From NCBI GenBank assembly GCA_007129255.1, contig SKVW01000142.1, positions 1-63,783 on the forward strand: a DNA stretch of 63,783 bases, in the 5' to 3' direction. Made by a program: the position numbers and the translations under genes. Under the pieces are notes generated by a model. It searched no databases. It was not told the DNA's origin and saw only the letters and a list, made by a program, of their open reading frames with translations. Below are positions 48,654-58,274 of this stretch, one piece after another; the stretch's first letter is position 1, and every line of letters starts with the position of its first letter. The DNA is from Bacteroidales bacterium (lineage in GTDB: Bacteria > Bacteroidota > Bacteroidia > Bacteroidales > UBA7960).

Positions 48654-50042
48654 ATGCCTTTAAACGATAAAAAAACATCAATTTTGAAAAACTCCAGTTT
48701 CCCCCGTCACAACGGGGGTTTTTCCCGTCTTTTATTAAAGTTGGTGCTTCCTTTTTCTTTTCTTGTCCTGCTAATTGCCTGCGAGGAAGATCCCGGAGAT
48801 ATCGGGTTGAATTTAATTGAAGAACAGCCCGGTATAAGTTCAACAGACACCCTAAGCATTCAGGCCTATACCATTCCTGACGACAGCATCCCAACCAGCC
48901 ACGGGGCGCAAAACATGATGGGCGTATTGAACGACCCGGTATTTGGCAAAACCAAAGCAACAATTTTTACGGAGATCAGGTTACCCATGAATGAGTTTTC
49001 CCTTGGCGAAAACCCGGTACTGGATTCCGTGAAGCTTTCCATGGCATATACCGGCCGATATTACGGGCAGGAACAAACTTTCCAGCATTTAACGGTGTAT
49101 GAGTTGAGTGAAAACCTTCCGGATACCGACACCATATACGGACATCGCTTTTTTGAGCATTATCCCGAACCCGTCGGAGCGTTTCAGCTTAGACCCGCCC
49201 CTACCGACAGCGTGCAGGTTTTTCAGGATGGTGAGCCGATAGTTGTGGCTCCCCACTTTAAAATTCCCCTTTCCATGGAGTTTGGCCAAAAGATCATCGA
49301 TGCCAACGAAACCGAAGCTTTTGAGAATGTGCCCAACTTCCTGGAATACTTAAAAGGCTTTTACATTGATATTGATGAAAACATTGACGGAGAAGGCTCC
49401 ATTTTTAACATCAATATGTATAGTCCATTGACCAGCCTGATCTTGTATTACCATGAAGAAGGAGATACCATTAATATCGAACAGCGATTTCCTATTAATG
49501 AATTTGCAAAAAACTTCACCCGGTTTGAAGGCTTTGACTTTGCAGATGCTCACCCGCTCTTGCGCGAACAGGTTATTGACCAGAATTTAACCTCCGGAGA
49601 CAGCCTGGTTTTTGTTCAGTCAATGGGCAGGCTGAGGGCAAATATTGAAATACCCCACCTGGAGGAATTGGCCGCATTTCCTAACGTGGCCATAAACCAA
49701 GCCAGGCTTTACTTACCTGTTGATCAGGAGTTTTCCCATGAACTCTGGCCCGAAGCCAATAGCTTGCTTTTACTCCAATACAACGAGGAGGAAGACCTGG
49801 AGTTTTTGAGCGATTACGATCTGGGGCCTGCTTATTTCGGAGGGATTTATAACGAAGAAAAAAGACATTATCGTTTTAACATTACCAAATATATTCAGGA
49901 TGTTCTTGAGGGGACAACACCCAACAATGGGTTGACTCTCACTGTATCCAATGCACCGGTAAATGCGCACCGGGTGATTTTAAAAGGACCCGGCAGAAGT
50001 ACCCGGCCCATGCGCCTGGAAATTGTCTACACTGTTTTTTAA
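48654..50042 (+). CDS. DUF4270-like lipoprotein
   Basis: Lipobox LLIAC. Sits between the short glycogen-synthase-like gene and glmS, a gene order I recall as typical for DUF4270 in Bacteroidota. No catalytic motif recognised. Confidence 0.55.
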   Translation: MPLNDKKTSILKNSSFPRHNGGFSRLLLKLVLPFSFLVLLIACEEDPGDIGLNLIEEQPGISSTDTLSIQAYTIPDDSIPTSHGAQNMMGVLNDPVFGKTKATIFTEIRLPMNEFSLGENPVLDSVKLSMAYTGRYYGQEQTFQHLTVYELSENLPDTDTIYGHRFFEHYPEPVGAFQLRPAPTDSVQVFQDGEPIVVAPHFKIPLSMEFGQKIIDANETEAFENVPNFLEYLKGFYIDIDENIDGEGSIFNINMYSPLTSLILYYHEEGDTINIEQRFPINEFAKNFTRFEGFDFADAHPLLREQVIDQNLTSGDSLVFVQSMGRLRANIEIPHLEELAAFPNVAINQARLYLPVDQEFSHELWPEANSLLLLQYNEEEDLEFLSDYDLGPAYFGGIYNEEKRHYRFNITKYIQDVLEGTTPNNGLTLTVSNAPVNAHRVILKGPGRSTRPMRLEIVYTVF

Positions 50043-50057
50043 CCAATACAGCCTAAT

Positions 50058-51896
50058 ATGTGTGGAATTGTAGGATATATAGGCCCCAGAGATGCCTACC
50101 CGGTATTGATGAAGGGCCTTTACCGCCTTGAATACCGTGGGTATGACAGCGCAGGAGTTGCCCTAATGGACGGAAACCTTAAACTCTATAAAACCCACGG
50201 AAAAGTCTCCGACCTGGAGAACAAAATAAAAAACCAGGATCTCTCCGGTACCATTGGTATTGCCCATACCCGCTGGGCCACCCACGGTGAACCCAATGAT
50301 GTGAACGCCCACCCCCACTTCAGCCATAGCCGCCGCCTGGCCATTATTCACAACGGCATTATTGAAAACTACGGCTCCCTTAAAAAAGAACTGGTCAACC
50401 GCGGGTATGTTTTTAAAAGCAAGACCGATACCGAGGTGTTGATACACCTGATCGAAGACATACAGGTAAATGAAAAGGTTGATCTGGTGGAAGCCGTGCG
50501 CATTGCCCTTAATCATGTAATTGGGGCCTATGCCATTGTTGTGGTTTCACAGGATGATCCTGATAAACTTATTGCTGCAAAAAAAGGAAGCCCCCTGGTC
50601 ATTGGCATTGGCGAAAAAGAATTTTTAATTGCCTCGGATGCATCCCCAATAGTAGAGTACACCAAAAATGTGGTTTACCTTGATGATGAAGAACTGGCCA
50701 TTATTCCCCGCCATGGCAGGATCAAAATTAAAACCATCAAAAACAAGGATAAAACCCCATACATCCAGCAGCTGGAAATGCAGTTGTCCGCCATCGAAAA
50801 GAGTGGCTTCCCACATTTTATGCTTAAGGAGATCTACGAGCAACCCCGAAGCATAAAGGACAGTATGCGCGGGAGGCTTAATTCTGCCAAAGGAATCGTT
50901 TCTTTGGGCGGCATCATTGATTACGAACAAAAACTGATGAATTGCCGGCGGGTGCTTATTGTTGCCTGTGGAACTTCATGGCATGCAGGCCTGGTGGGCG
51001 AGTATTTATTTGAAGATCTTGCCCGTATCCCTGTTGAAGTGGAATATGCTTCGGAGTTCAGGTATCGCAACCCGGTTATTTACGAGGATGATGTGGTGAT
51101 CGCCATCAGCCAGTCCGGAGAAACTGCCGATACCCTCGCTGCCATAGAACTGGCAAAAGCCAAAGGGGCGACCATTATTGGGATCTGCAATGTAGTGGGC
51201 TCATCCATTGCCCGTGCAACCCATGCAGGATCATACACCCACGCAGGTCCGGAAATAGGAGTTGCCTCCACAAAAGCTTTTACCGCCCAGGTCACCATTC
51301 TGGCCCTGATGGCCCTTTCCATTGCCAACAAAAAAGGAACCATTCCCAAAACCCGCTTTTTTCAACTTTTGAGCGAGATGGATTCCATTCCGGCAAAAGT
51401 GGAAAAAGCCCTTGAAGTAAATGATACCATTTTGGAAATCTCTAAAATATTCAAGGATGTGCGCAACTTCCTATATCTGGGAAGAGGGTATAATTTTCCC
51501 ATTGCACTGGAAGGGGCTTTAAAGCTTAAAGAAATTTCCTACATCCATGCCGAAGGCTATCCTGCTGCCGAGATGAAGCATGGTCCTATTGCTTTAATTG
51601 ATGAAGAAATGCCCGTGGTGGTAATCGCTACCAAAAAAGGAACTTACGACAAAGTGGTGAGCAATATACAGGAAGTGAAGGCCCGCAAAGGTATTATTAT
51701 TGCCATCGTTACCGAAGGTGATGAGGTGGTACGCGGAATGGCGGATTATGTTATCGAAATTCCCGAAACTGATGAGATCTTTGTCCCCCTGGTAGCTACC
51801 ATTCCCCTGCAGCTGCTCTCTTACCACATTGCTGTTATGCGCGGTTGCAACGTTGACCAGCCCCGCAATCTTGCTAAGTCGGTTACGGTAGAATAG
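50058..51896 (+). CDS. glmS: Glutamine--fructose-6-phosphate aminotransferase (isomerising)
   Basis: MCGIVGYIG N-terminal nucleophile and two SIS domains. C-terminus LAKSVTVE. Confidence 0.95.
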   Translation: MCGIVGYIGPRDAYPVLMKGLYRLEYRGYDSAGVALMDGNLKLYKTHGKVSDLENKIKNQDLSGTIGIAHTRWATHGEPNDVNAHPHFSHSRRLAIIHNGIIENYGSLKKELVNRGYVFKSKTDTEVLIHLIEDIQVNEKVDLVEAVRIALNHVIGAYAIVVVSQDDPDKLIAAKKGSPLVIGIGEKEFLIASDASPIVEYTKNVVYLDDEELAIIPRHGRIKIKTIKNKDKTPYIQQLEMQLSAIEKSGFPHFMLKEIYEQPRSIKDSMRGRLNSAKGIVSLGGIIDYEQKLMNCRRVLIVACGTSWHAGLVGEYLFEDLARIPVEVEYASEFRYRNPVIYEDDVVIAISQSGETADTLAAIELAKAKGATIIGICNVVGSSIARATHAGSYTHAGPEIGVASTKAFTAQVTILALMALSIANKKGTIPKTRFFQLLSEMDSIPAKVEKALEVNDTILEISKIFKDVRNFLYLGRGYNFPIALEGALKLKEISYIHAEGYPAAEMKHGPIALIDEEMPVVVIATKKGTYDKVVSNIQEVKARKGIIIAIVTEGDEVVRGMADYVIEIPETDEIFVPLVATIPLQLLSYHIAVMRGCNVDQPRNLAKSVTVE

Positions 51897-51920
51897 TCCC
51901 TATAATCAATAAGGCTGATT

Positions 51921-52499
51921 ATGCATTACAAATTATCGTTTGTCCTCGCTTTTATACTTACACTTCTGGCATGCCTGCAAACCAATGCACAGACCAATGT
52001 TTTGATTACCTATTACAGCAAAACCGGAAACACCCAAACCATGGCCGAGGCCGTTGCCCGTGGTGCCTCCGAAGTGGAAGGTGTGCAGGTGACCCTGAAA
52101 ACCGTGGAGCAGGCCGTCATTTCTGACCTGATTGAAGCAGATGCCATCATCGTAGGAAGCCCGGTTTACAATGCCAATGTGGCACCGGAAGTTTCTTCCT
52201 TTATTGCATCCTGGCCTTTTGAAAACCAACCTTTAAAAAATAAAATCGGTGCCGCATTTGTAACCGCCGGTGGTATTTCTGCAGGAGAAGAGATTACCCA
52301 GGTGAATATTTTACAATCCATGCTGATCTTCGGAATGGTGGTAGTGGGTGGATCCGATTGGACCGCCCCATTTGGCGCTTCTGCCATCCGGGGGGAACCT
52401 CCCTTTGACGAAGACGAACCAATTCATCAGCACTTCCTTGAGAAAGGGCAAGCCCTTGGCAAAAGGGTGGCCGAACTGGCGGTTAAGCTCAATCAATAA
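51921..52499 (+). CDS. Flavodoxin-like / WrbA-type NAD(P)H-dependent FMN protein with an N-terminal export signal
   Basis: VLITYYSKTGNTQTMAEAVARGA FMN-binding loop, preceded by the hydrophobic signal MHYKLSFVLAFILTLLACLQTNAQ. Confidence 0.7.
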   Translation: MHYKLSFVLAFILTLLACLQTNAQTNVLITYYSKTGNTQTMAEAVARGASEVEGVQVTLKTVEQAVISDLIEADAIIVGSPVYNANVAPEVSSFIASWPFENQPLKNKIGAAFVTAGGISAGEEITQVNILQSMLIFGMVVVGGSDWTAPFGASAIRGEPPFDEDEPIHQHFLEKGQALGKRVAELAVKLNQ

Positions 52500-52556
52500 A
52501 ACCCTCTGTTTGTTTTTGGTTGGTGCACCCAGCCAGGCTGGACCCAGGTTTCCAGA

Positions 52557-52988
52557 CTATTGCCTGGAAAGACGGGCATCAAATGAGTAGGCCCCACCTC
52601 CTCGAATTAACAGAAAAACAGAACCCAGCAGCATGGCATAGTCGGTGCGGAAAGCATGAAGCATATACCAAAATCCTTCATCGGCCAACATGGGCAATTT
52701 GGTGGTAAACAGCGCCACGCACATAATAATAATCAACGGGATGGCCGCCAAACGAGTAACAAGCCCAAGCAGGATGAGCAACCCGCTAAGCACTTCAAAA
52801 AAGCCCACAAAGCTCCCCAGAAATTCCGGATGAGGTAGACCTATACCCTCAAAACGACCAGCACCCCGCAAATCGGGGAAAAGAAACTTTTGTATGCCCT
52901 CTGAAACAAATACCACCCCCACCATAAGACGGATCAATATAGTGGTCATTAAGCGGTCAGTTTTAATTATTCTTTTGATCATGATCAT
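52557..52988 (-). CDS. DoxX family membrane protein
   Basis: 143 aa with four TM helices. RLMVGVVFVSEGIQKF is a DoxX-like start. Confidence 0.7.
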   Translation of the reverse strand: MIMIKRIIKTDRLMTTILIRLMVGVVFVSEGIQKFLFPDLRGAGRFEGIGLPHPEFLGSFVGFFEVLSGLLILLGLVTRLAAIPLIIIMCVALFTTKLPMLADEGFWYMLHAFRTDYAMLLGSVFLLIRGGGAYSFDARLSRQ

Positions 52989-53093
52989 GGTAGTTTTTTG
53001 CGTTTTTTGCTTTTAAGATAATACTTTTTTTTGAATCCCTTAAAAAACGGACAAATTAACCCTTACCTGCTCAGGCTTTTAAAGCAGAAACCC

Positions 53094-53101
53094 TATCTTT
53101 G
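53094..53101 (+). promoter_or_regulatory. Bacteroidota -7 promoter motif (TATCTTTG) for the PfkB kinase gene
   Basis: Exact TAnnTTTG match 29 nt upstream of the ATG at 53130. It lies inside the ORF-track extension from 53031. Confidence 0.45.
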
Positions 53102-53129
53102 CAAATTGTTTTTAAAAAATGGTAGTTTT

Positions 53130-54044
53130 ATGAGTTTATTGATAATTGGCACCGTTGCTTTTGATGAAATAGAAACGCCTTTTGCCAGAACCGGCAAAAT
53201 ACTGGGAGGTGCCGCAACCTACATTGGCCTGGCAGCCAGTCGCCTCATCAAAGACATAAAACTGGTTTCTGTGGTGGGAGGCGACTTCCCCAAAAAGTAT
53301 ATTGAATTGTTTCAAAAAAACAATGTTGACACCTCAGGGCTTAAGATAATCGGGGAGGGAAAAACTTTTTTCTGGTCAGGGAGATACCACATGGATATGA
53401 ATACAAGGGATACCCTGGTTACCGATTTGAATGTACTGGCGGATTTTGACCCAGTACTTCCCGAAGGTTATCGTAACAGCCGTTATGTAATGCTGGGCAA
53501 CCTGACCCCTTCCATCCAGCGAAAAGTGATAGAACAGCTTGAAGTGAGACCAAAGCTGATTTGCATGGATACCATGAACTTTTGGATGGATACCACATGG
53601 GACGATCTGCTGGAGGTAATTACCATGGTAGATATACTGGCTATAAATGATGCCGAAGCCCGTCAGCTTTCCGGAGAATACTCACTGGTTAAGGCGGCCG
53701 AAAAAATCAGGAAAATGGGCCCCAAATATCTGATTGTAAAAAAGGGAGAACACGGAGCCCTGCTATTTTATGAAGATCAGGTTTTCTTTGCCCCTGCAAT
53801 GCCTCTTGAAGAAGTGTTTGACCCTACCGGAGCCGGCGACACATTTGCAGGCGGTTTCATGGGATACATTGCAAAAAAGGACGATACCTCTTTTGAAACC
53901 ATGAAAAATGCCCTGATCTATGGCTCGGCGCTTGCGAGCTTTACTGTCGAAAAATTCGGAACCGAACGCCTGCTGGAAGTTTCTGATAAAAATATTCAGG
54001 ATAGGTTGCTGGATTTTGTAAAACTGGTCTCTTTTAACATGTAA
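53130..54044 (+). CDS. PfkB family carbohydrate/nucleoside kinase
   Basis: GGAATYIG near the N-terminus and the anion-hole motif DPTGAGDTFAGGFMGYI. Confidence 0.85.
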   Translation: MSLLIIGTVAFDEIETPFARTGKILGGAATYIGLAASRLIKDIKLVSVVGGDFPKKYIELFQKNNVDTSGLKIIGEGKTFFWSGRYHMDMNTRDTLVTDLNVLADFDPVLPEGYRNSRYVMLGNLTPSIQRKVIEQLEVRPKLICMDTMNFWMDTTWDDLLEVITMVDILAINDAEARQLSGEYSLVKAAEKIRKMGPKYLIVKKGEHGALLFYEDQVFFAPAMPLEEVFDPTGAGDTFAGGFMGYIAKKDDTSFETMKNALIYGSALASFTVEKFGTERLLEVSDKNIQDRLLDFVKLVSFNM

Positions 54045-54250
54045 TCCTTTCTGTTTCACAAATTTTAAGGCCTTTTTTGCCAATGCTTCCCAGTTTTTTT
54101 TTAACTTTAGCAACTTTTTTCAGAGGAGGGTTAGTCAATATCAAAGTGAAAAAAAATCGCTGTCTCCCCCTTTGACGGATCGGCTTGATCGCTAAACTAA
54201 AAAAGCAAATTATTCAAAGTTATACACGTTAAAAACCCGTTGATGCTGTT

Positions 54251-56386
54251 ATGAAAGTATATCAAACAAACGAAATTAAAAACATTGCCCTGATCGGAGG
54301 GGCAAAAGCCGGAAAAACCACCCTTGGAGAAGCCATGCTTTTCGAAGGGGGTGTGATAAACCGCAGGGGATCGGTAGATGACAAAAACTCCGTTTCAGAT
54401 TATCGCGAAATAGAACTGGAGCGTCAGGCTTCGGTTTTTTCTACAGTGCTCTATGCCGAATATGCCGGAAAAAAGATCAACATCATTGATGCCCCCGGGT
54501 TCGATGATTTTCTCGGGGAAGTAGTGTCTGCACTTAAGGTTGCCGATACGGCCGTGATGGTCATCAATGCCCAAAACGGGGTGGAAGTTGGTACCGAAAT
54601 CACCTGGCGCCATGTTGCGCGCCTGCAAAAGCCAGCCATTTTTGCCGTAAACCAGCTGGAACATGAAAAGGCCAATTTTGATGAGGCAGTACGGCAGCTT
54701 AAAGCCCAGTTTGGCGACAAAGCCATTGTGGCCCAGTACCCGGTAAATGCCGGTACCGGCTTTGACAGTGTAGTAGATGTGCTGAAAATGAAATTGTATA
54801 AGTTCCCTGCTGGGGGAGGGAAACCTGAAATCCAGGATATTCCTGAATCGGAAAAAGCCAAAGCCGAAGAGTTTCAGAACGCAATGATTGAAGCTGCAGC
54901 AGAAAGTGAAGAAGCCCTGATGGAAGTTTTCTTCGAAAACGGCACCCTCACACCGGAAGAACTGGCAAAAGGCATTCGCCAGGGAATCTCTTCACGCACC
55001 ATGTTCCCTATCCTCTGCATGTCGGCAAAAAATAACCAGGGCGTGAATCGTTTTATGGAGTTTATTGTAGAAAACCTTCCCGCTCCAAACGAGGTAGAGT
55101 TTACCAAAACCACCGAAGACAAAGAACTACCCTTTGAAGCGGGTAATCCACCCGTGGCATTTGTTTTTAAAACTGCCATTGAGCCCCACCTGGGTGAGAT
55201 TTCCTTTTTTAAGGTTTTTGACGGCACCATTACCGAAGCCATGGATATGCTGAATTCCGACACCGGTTCCAAGGAACGGCTTTCGCAACTTTATGCCATT
55301 GCAGGAAAAAATCGCCAAAAGGTGGAAAAAGTTATGCCCGGAGATATTGCCGCTACCATTAAACTTAAAGATACCCATTCCAACAACACCCTTACTTCAT
55401 CTAAAAACCAGGGTGAAAAAGTTTCAGGGGTTGATTATCCTGCACCCAAGTACCGTATGGCCGTAAAAGCAAAAAATACCGCCGATGAAGAAAAACTGGC
55501 TACCGTGCTTAAGGAGTTGCATAACATTGATCCGACCCTGATCTTTGAGCATTCCAAAGAGCTCAAGCAGATCATTCTTTCAGGACAGGGGGAAATGCAC
55601 CTGAATGTGGCCAAATGGATGATTGAAAACCAACACAAGGTGTCCATCGAATTTTTCCCGCCAAAAATCCCATATCGTGAAACCATTACCAAACCGGCAA
55701 AAGCAACCTATCGTCATAAAAAGCAATCGGGCGGTTCAGGTCAATTTGGTGAAGTGCATATGATGATTGAACCTTATAAAGAAGGTAAACCTGATCAGAC
55801 AGAATTTCCCATTCGCGGCAGGGAAGAAATTAACCTGCCCTGGGGTGGAAGGCTCATGTTCCACAACTGTATTGTGGGTGGTGCCATAGATGCCCGTTTT
55901 TTGCCCGCCATCCTGAAAGGGATCATGGAAAAAATGGAGGAAGGTCCCCTAACCGGATCCTATGCCCGCGATATCATTGTGAACGTTTATGATGGGAAAA
56001 TGCACCCGGTGGATTCCAATGAGATATCCTTTAAGCTTGCTGGACGTAACGCCTTTAAGGATGCCTTTAAAAATGCAGCCCCCAAGATCATGGAGCCCAT
56101 TTACGATGTAGAAGTGATGGTACCCGAAGAAAAAATGGGTGATGTGATGACCGATCTGCAAGGACGCAGGGCATTGATCATGGGTATGGAAAGCGAAGGC
56201 AATTACCAGAAGATTAAAGCCAAGGTGCCTTTGGCTGAAATGAACCGTTATTCCACCACTTTGAGCTCACTCACCAGCGGAAGGGCCTCCTACGGGATGA
56301 CCTTTGCCGAATACCAGCAGGTGCCCGCCGATGTGCAGGACCAACTGCTCAAAGCTTACGAAGAACAGGAAAAAGAAGAAGAATAG
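54251..56386 (+). CDS. Elongation factor G paralog with degenerate GTPase motifs (EF-G2-like)
   Basis: Full-length five-domain EF-G architecture. However, the P-loop is GGAKAGKTT, switch II is DAPGFDDF (Phe where the catalytic His should be) and G4 is NQLE instead of NKxD. Confidence 0.8.
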   Translation: MKVYQTNEIKNIALIGGAKAGKTTLGEAMLFEGGVINRRGSVDDKNSVSDYREIELERQASVFSTVLYAEYAGKKINIIDAPGFDDFLGEVVSALKVADTAVMVINAQNGVEVGTEITWRHVARLQKPAIFAVNQLEHEKANFDEAVRQLKAQFGDKAIVAQYPVNAGTGFDSVVDVLKMKLYKFPAGGGKPEIQDIPESEKAKAEEFQNAMIEAAAESEEALMEVFFENGTLTPEELAKGIRQGISSRTMFPILCMSAKNNQGVNRFMEFIVENLPAPNEVEFTKTTEDKELPFEAGNPPVAFVFKTAIEPHLGEISFFKVFDGTITEAMDMLNSDTGSKERLSQLYAIAGKNRQKVEKVMPGDIAATIKLKDTHSNNTLTSSKNQGEKVSGVDYPAPKYRMAVKAKNTADEEKLATVLKELHNIDPTLIFEHSKELKQIILSGQGEMHLNVAKWMIENQHKVSIEFFPPKIPYRETITKPAKATYRHKKQSGGSGQFGEVHMMIEPYKEGKPDQTEFPIRGREEINLPWGGRLMFHNCIVGGAIDARFLPAILKGIMEKMEEGPLTGSYARDIIVNVYDGKMHPVDSNEISFKLAGRNAFKDAFKNAAPKIMEPIYDVEVMVPEEKMGDVMTDLQGRRALIMGMESEGNYQKIKAKVPLAEMNRYSTTLSSLTSGRASYGMTFAEYQQVPADVQDQLLKAYEEQEKEEE

Positions 56387-56413
56387 CCTTCTTTTTACCA
56401 GCATTTTTTCCAG

Positions 56414-56447
56414 AAAACCCGGCCCCAAAAGCTGGGTTTTTTTTATT
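56414..56447 (+). terminator. Rho-independent terminator after the EF-G paralog
   Basis: Stem AAAACCCGG / CTGGGTTTT (one G-U pair) followed by a T8 tract. Confidence 0.6.
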
Positions 56448-56487
56448 TCTTTCCGGGTTTAACTGATTTGCATTTCAGTTAAAATGT

Positions 56488-56495
56488 TATTTTTG
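56488..56495 (+). promoter_or_regulatory. Bacteroidota -7 promoter motif (TATTTTTG) for the AbgT transporter gene
   Basis: Exact TAnnTTTG match 96 nt upstream of the ATG at 56591. Confidence 0.35.
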
Positions 56496-56590
56496 TGCCT
56501 TGCCACAAGGCCTTGATTTTCTTCAATTTAAACTTAACGAAAGCAAATAATTAAATGTGTCGATAATTTATCAATCAACCAAAATTTACT

Positions 56591-58180
56591 ATGGAGGATA
56601 ATAAACAACAGCCACAAAAAGAGGAAAAATCTGATACCAATTTTGACGGTCAGGATATAGAAACCGGATCCAAAGGGTTTCTGCGGTGGGTTGAGGTCAT
56701 GGGAAACAAGTTACCCCACCCTTTCTGGATGTTTGTCTGGATTTGTATTATTATTATTATACTAAGCTCCATCACGAGTTATTTCGGTGTAAGTGCCGTA
56801 GACCCGGCTACAGGAGAGGATGTGATTGCAGAAAACCTTATTTCCGGTGAAGGACTCAGACGTTTCCTTCAGGAAATGGTCACTAATTTTGCTCATTTTG
56901 CTCCTTTTGGCCTGGTCCTGGTCATGCTTATGGGCGTTTCCATTGCCGAGCAAAGCGGTTTGCTGGCGGTTGCCTTGCGCAACATTGCTTTTGCCGTCCC
57001 CAAGCGAATCGTGATGCCTGTTATTTTCATGATCGGTGCCTGCGGAAACATTGGTTCCGATGCAGGAATCGTAATTGTTCCACCCATTGCGGCCCTGATC
57101 TTTTCCAAAATGGGGCTGCATCCCATTGCCGGCCTGGTGGCCGGTTATGCCGGGGCTACAGCCGGTTTTACGGCCAACTTTTTTATTGCCGGCACCGATG
57201 TAATGCTTGCAGGTATCAGCACCCAGGTGGCCACTGCCATTGACGGGGGCATTGAGGTTAGTGCCACGGCAAACTGGTATTTCATGATCGTCTCAACCTT
57301 TATGCTCGGACTTGGCGGTGCTTTTATTGTCAGAAGATTTACCATTCCCCGTTGTAACGCATTTGCCGGTGCCGGTGAGATTGACGAAGCTGAACTTGCC
57401 CGGAATAAAGGAATGACCGATGAAGAAAGAAAAGGATTAAAAAGGGCTGGAATCGCTTTACTGATTTATGTAATCCTGATCGCCATCCTGGTGGTTCCCT
57501 CCTGGGCTCCCCTGCGCGATCCCGAAACCGGTGCCATTGTTCCCTCTCCTTTCCTTAGAGGGTTGGTGCCCATATTGTTTTTCTTCTTTGCCATTCCGGG
57601 CTATTTTTACGGAAGGGCAACAGGAACCATTACCCAGGCCAACGATGTGTTGAAGCACATGGAGTTTGGAATGAAAGGACTGTCGGGATACATTGTGCTG
57701 ATGCTGGTGGTTGCACAGTTCATCCACTTGTTCAGCTGGTCCAACCTGGATACCATCCTGGCTATTCAGGGAGCAGAGTTCCTGCAGGCCACAGGCCTTA
57801 CCGGGCCGGTACTTTTCACGGTTTATATGATTATTGTTGCTTTGTTAAATATCTTTCTGGGAAGCGGGTCGGCCAAATGGGCCATTTTCGCCCCCATTTT
57901 TGTGCCCATGCTCGCCCAGTTAAATTACAGTCCGGCTTTTGTTCAGCTTATGTACCGGGTGGGTGACTCCATCACCAACTCCGTTACCCCTCTTTACGTT
58001 TACTTCCCATTGCTGCTGGGGTGGATCCATAAATACGACAAGCGCATCGGTATCGGAACGGTAGTTTCTCTTTTGCTGCCTTATGCAGCCATCCTGTTTA
58101 TTATGTGGGTTGCCTTGCTGTTCCTCTGGTACGGACTGAACCTCCCCATTGGGGTGGGAGAAGGTATTTACCTGAACTGA
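56591..58180 (+). CDS. AbgT family transporter (p-aminobenzoyl-glutamate / antimetabolite efflux family)
   Basis: FLRWVEVMGNKLPHPFWMF N-terminal segment. Polytopic, 529 aa. C-terminal pattern typical of AbgT/MtrF. Confidence 0.8.
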   Translation: MEDNKQQPQKEEKSDTNFDGQDIETGSKGFLRWVEVMGNKLPHPFWMFVWICIIIIILSSITSYFGVSAVDPATGEDVIAENLISGEGLRRFLQEMVTNFAHFAPFGLVLVMLMGVSIAEQSGLLAVALRNIAFAVPKRIVMPVIFMIGACGNIGSDAGIVIVPPIAALIFSKMGLHPIAGLVAGYAGATAGFTANFFIAGTDVMLAGISTQVATAIDGGIEVSATANWYFMIVSTFMLGLGGAFIVRRFTIPRCNAFAGAGEIDEAELARNKGMTDEERKGLKRAGIALLIYVILIAILVVPSWAPLRDPETGAIVPSPFLRGLVPILFFFFAIPGYFYGRATGTITQANDVLKHMEFGMKGLSGYIVLMLVVAQFIHLFSWSNLDTILAIQGAEFLQATGLTGPVLFTVYMIIVALLNIFLGSGSAKWAIFAPIFVPMLAQLNYSPAFVQLMYRVGDSITNSVTPLYVYFPLLLGWIHKYDKRIGIGTVVSLLLPYAAILFIMWVALLFLWYGLNLPIGVGEGIYLN

Positions 58181-58202
58181 CAATAAACTCTCAAATACAG
58201 CC

Positions 58203-58235
58203 AAAACCCGGGGTTCCCCGGGTTTTGTTTTTTTT
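58203..58235 (+). terminator. Rho-independent terminator after the AbgT gene
   Basis: Stem AAAACCCGGG / CCCGGGTTTT with a 4 nt loop, followed by G and then T8. Confidence 0.8.
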
Positions 58236-58251
58236 AACCCTTTGGGGTTTG

Positions 58252-58259
58252 TATCTTTG
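58252..58259 (+). promoter_or_regulatory. Bacteroidota -7 promoter motif (TATCTTTG) for the nitroreductase gene
   Basis: Exact TAnnTTTG match ending 16 nt before the ATG at 58275, implying a very short leader. Confidence 0.4.
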
Positions 58260-58274
58260 AAAAAAACTTAACCT

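Noticed and set aside
50043-50057. Possible glmS ribozyme upstream of glmS
   Set aside because: Only 15 nt separate DUF4270 and glmS, so there is no room for the ribozyme.
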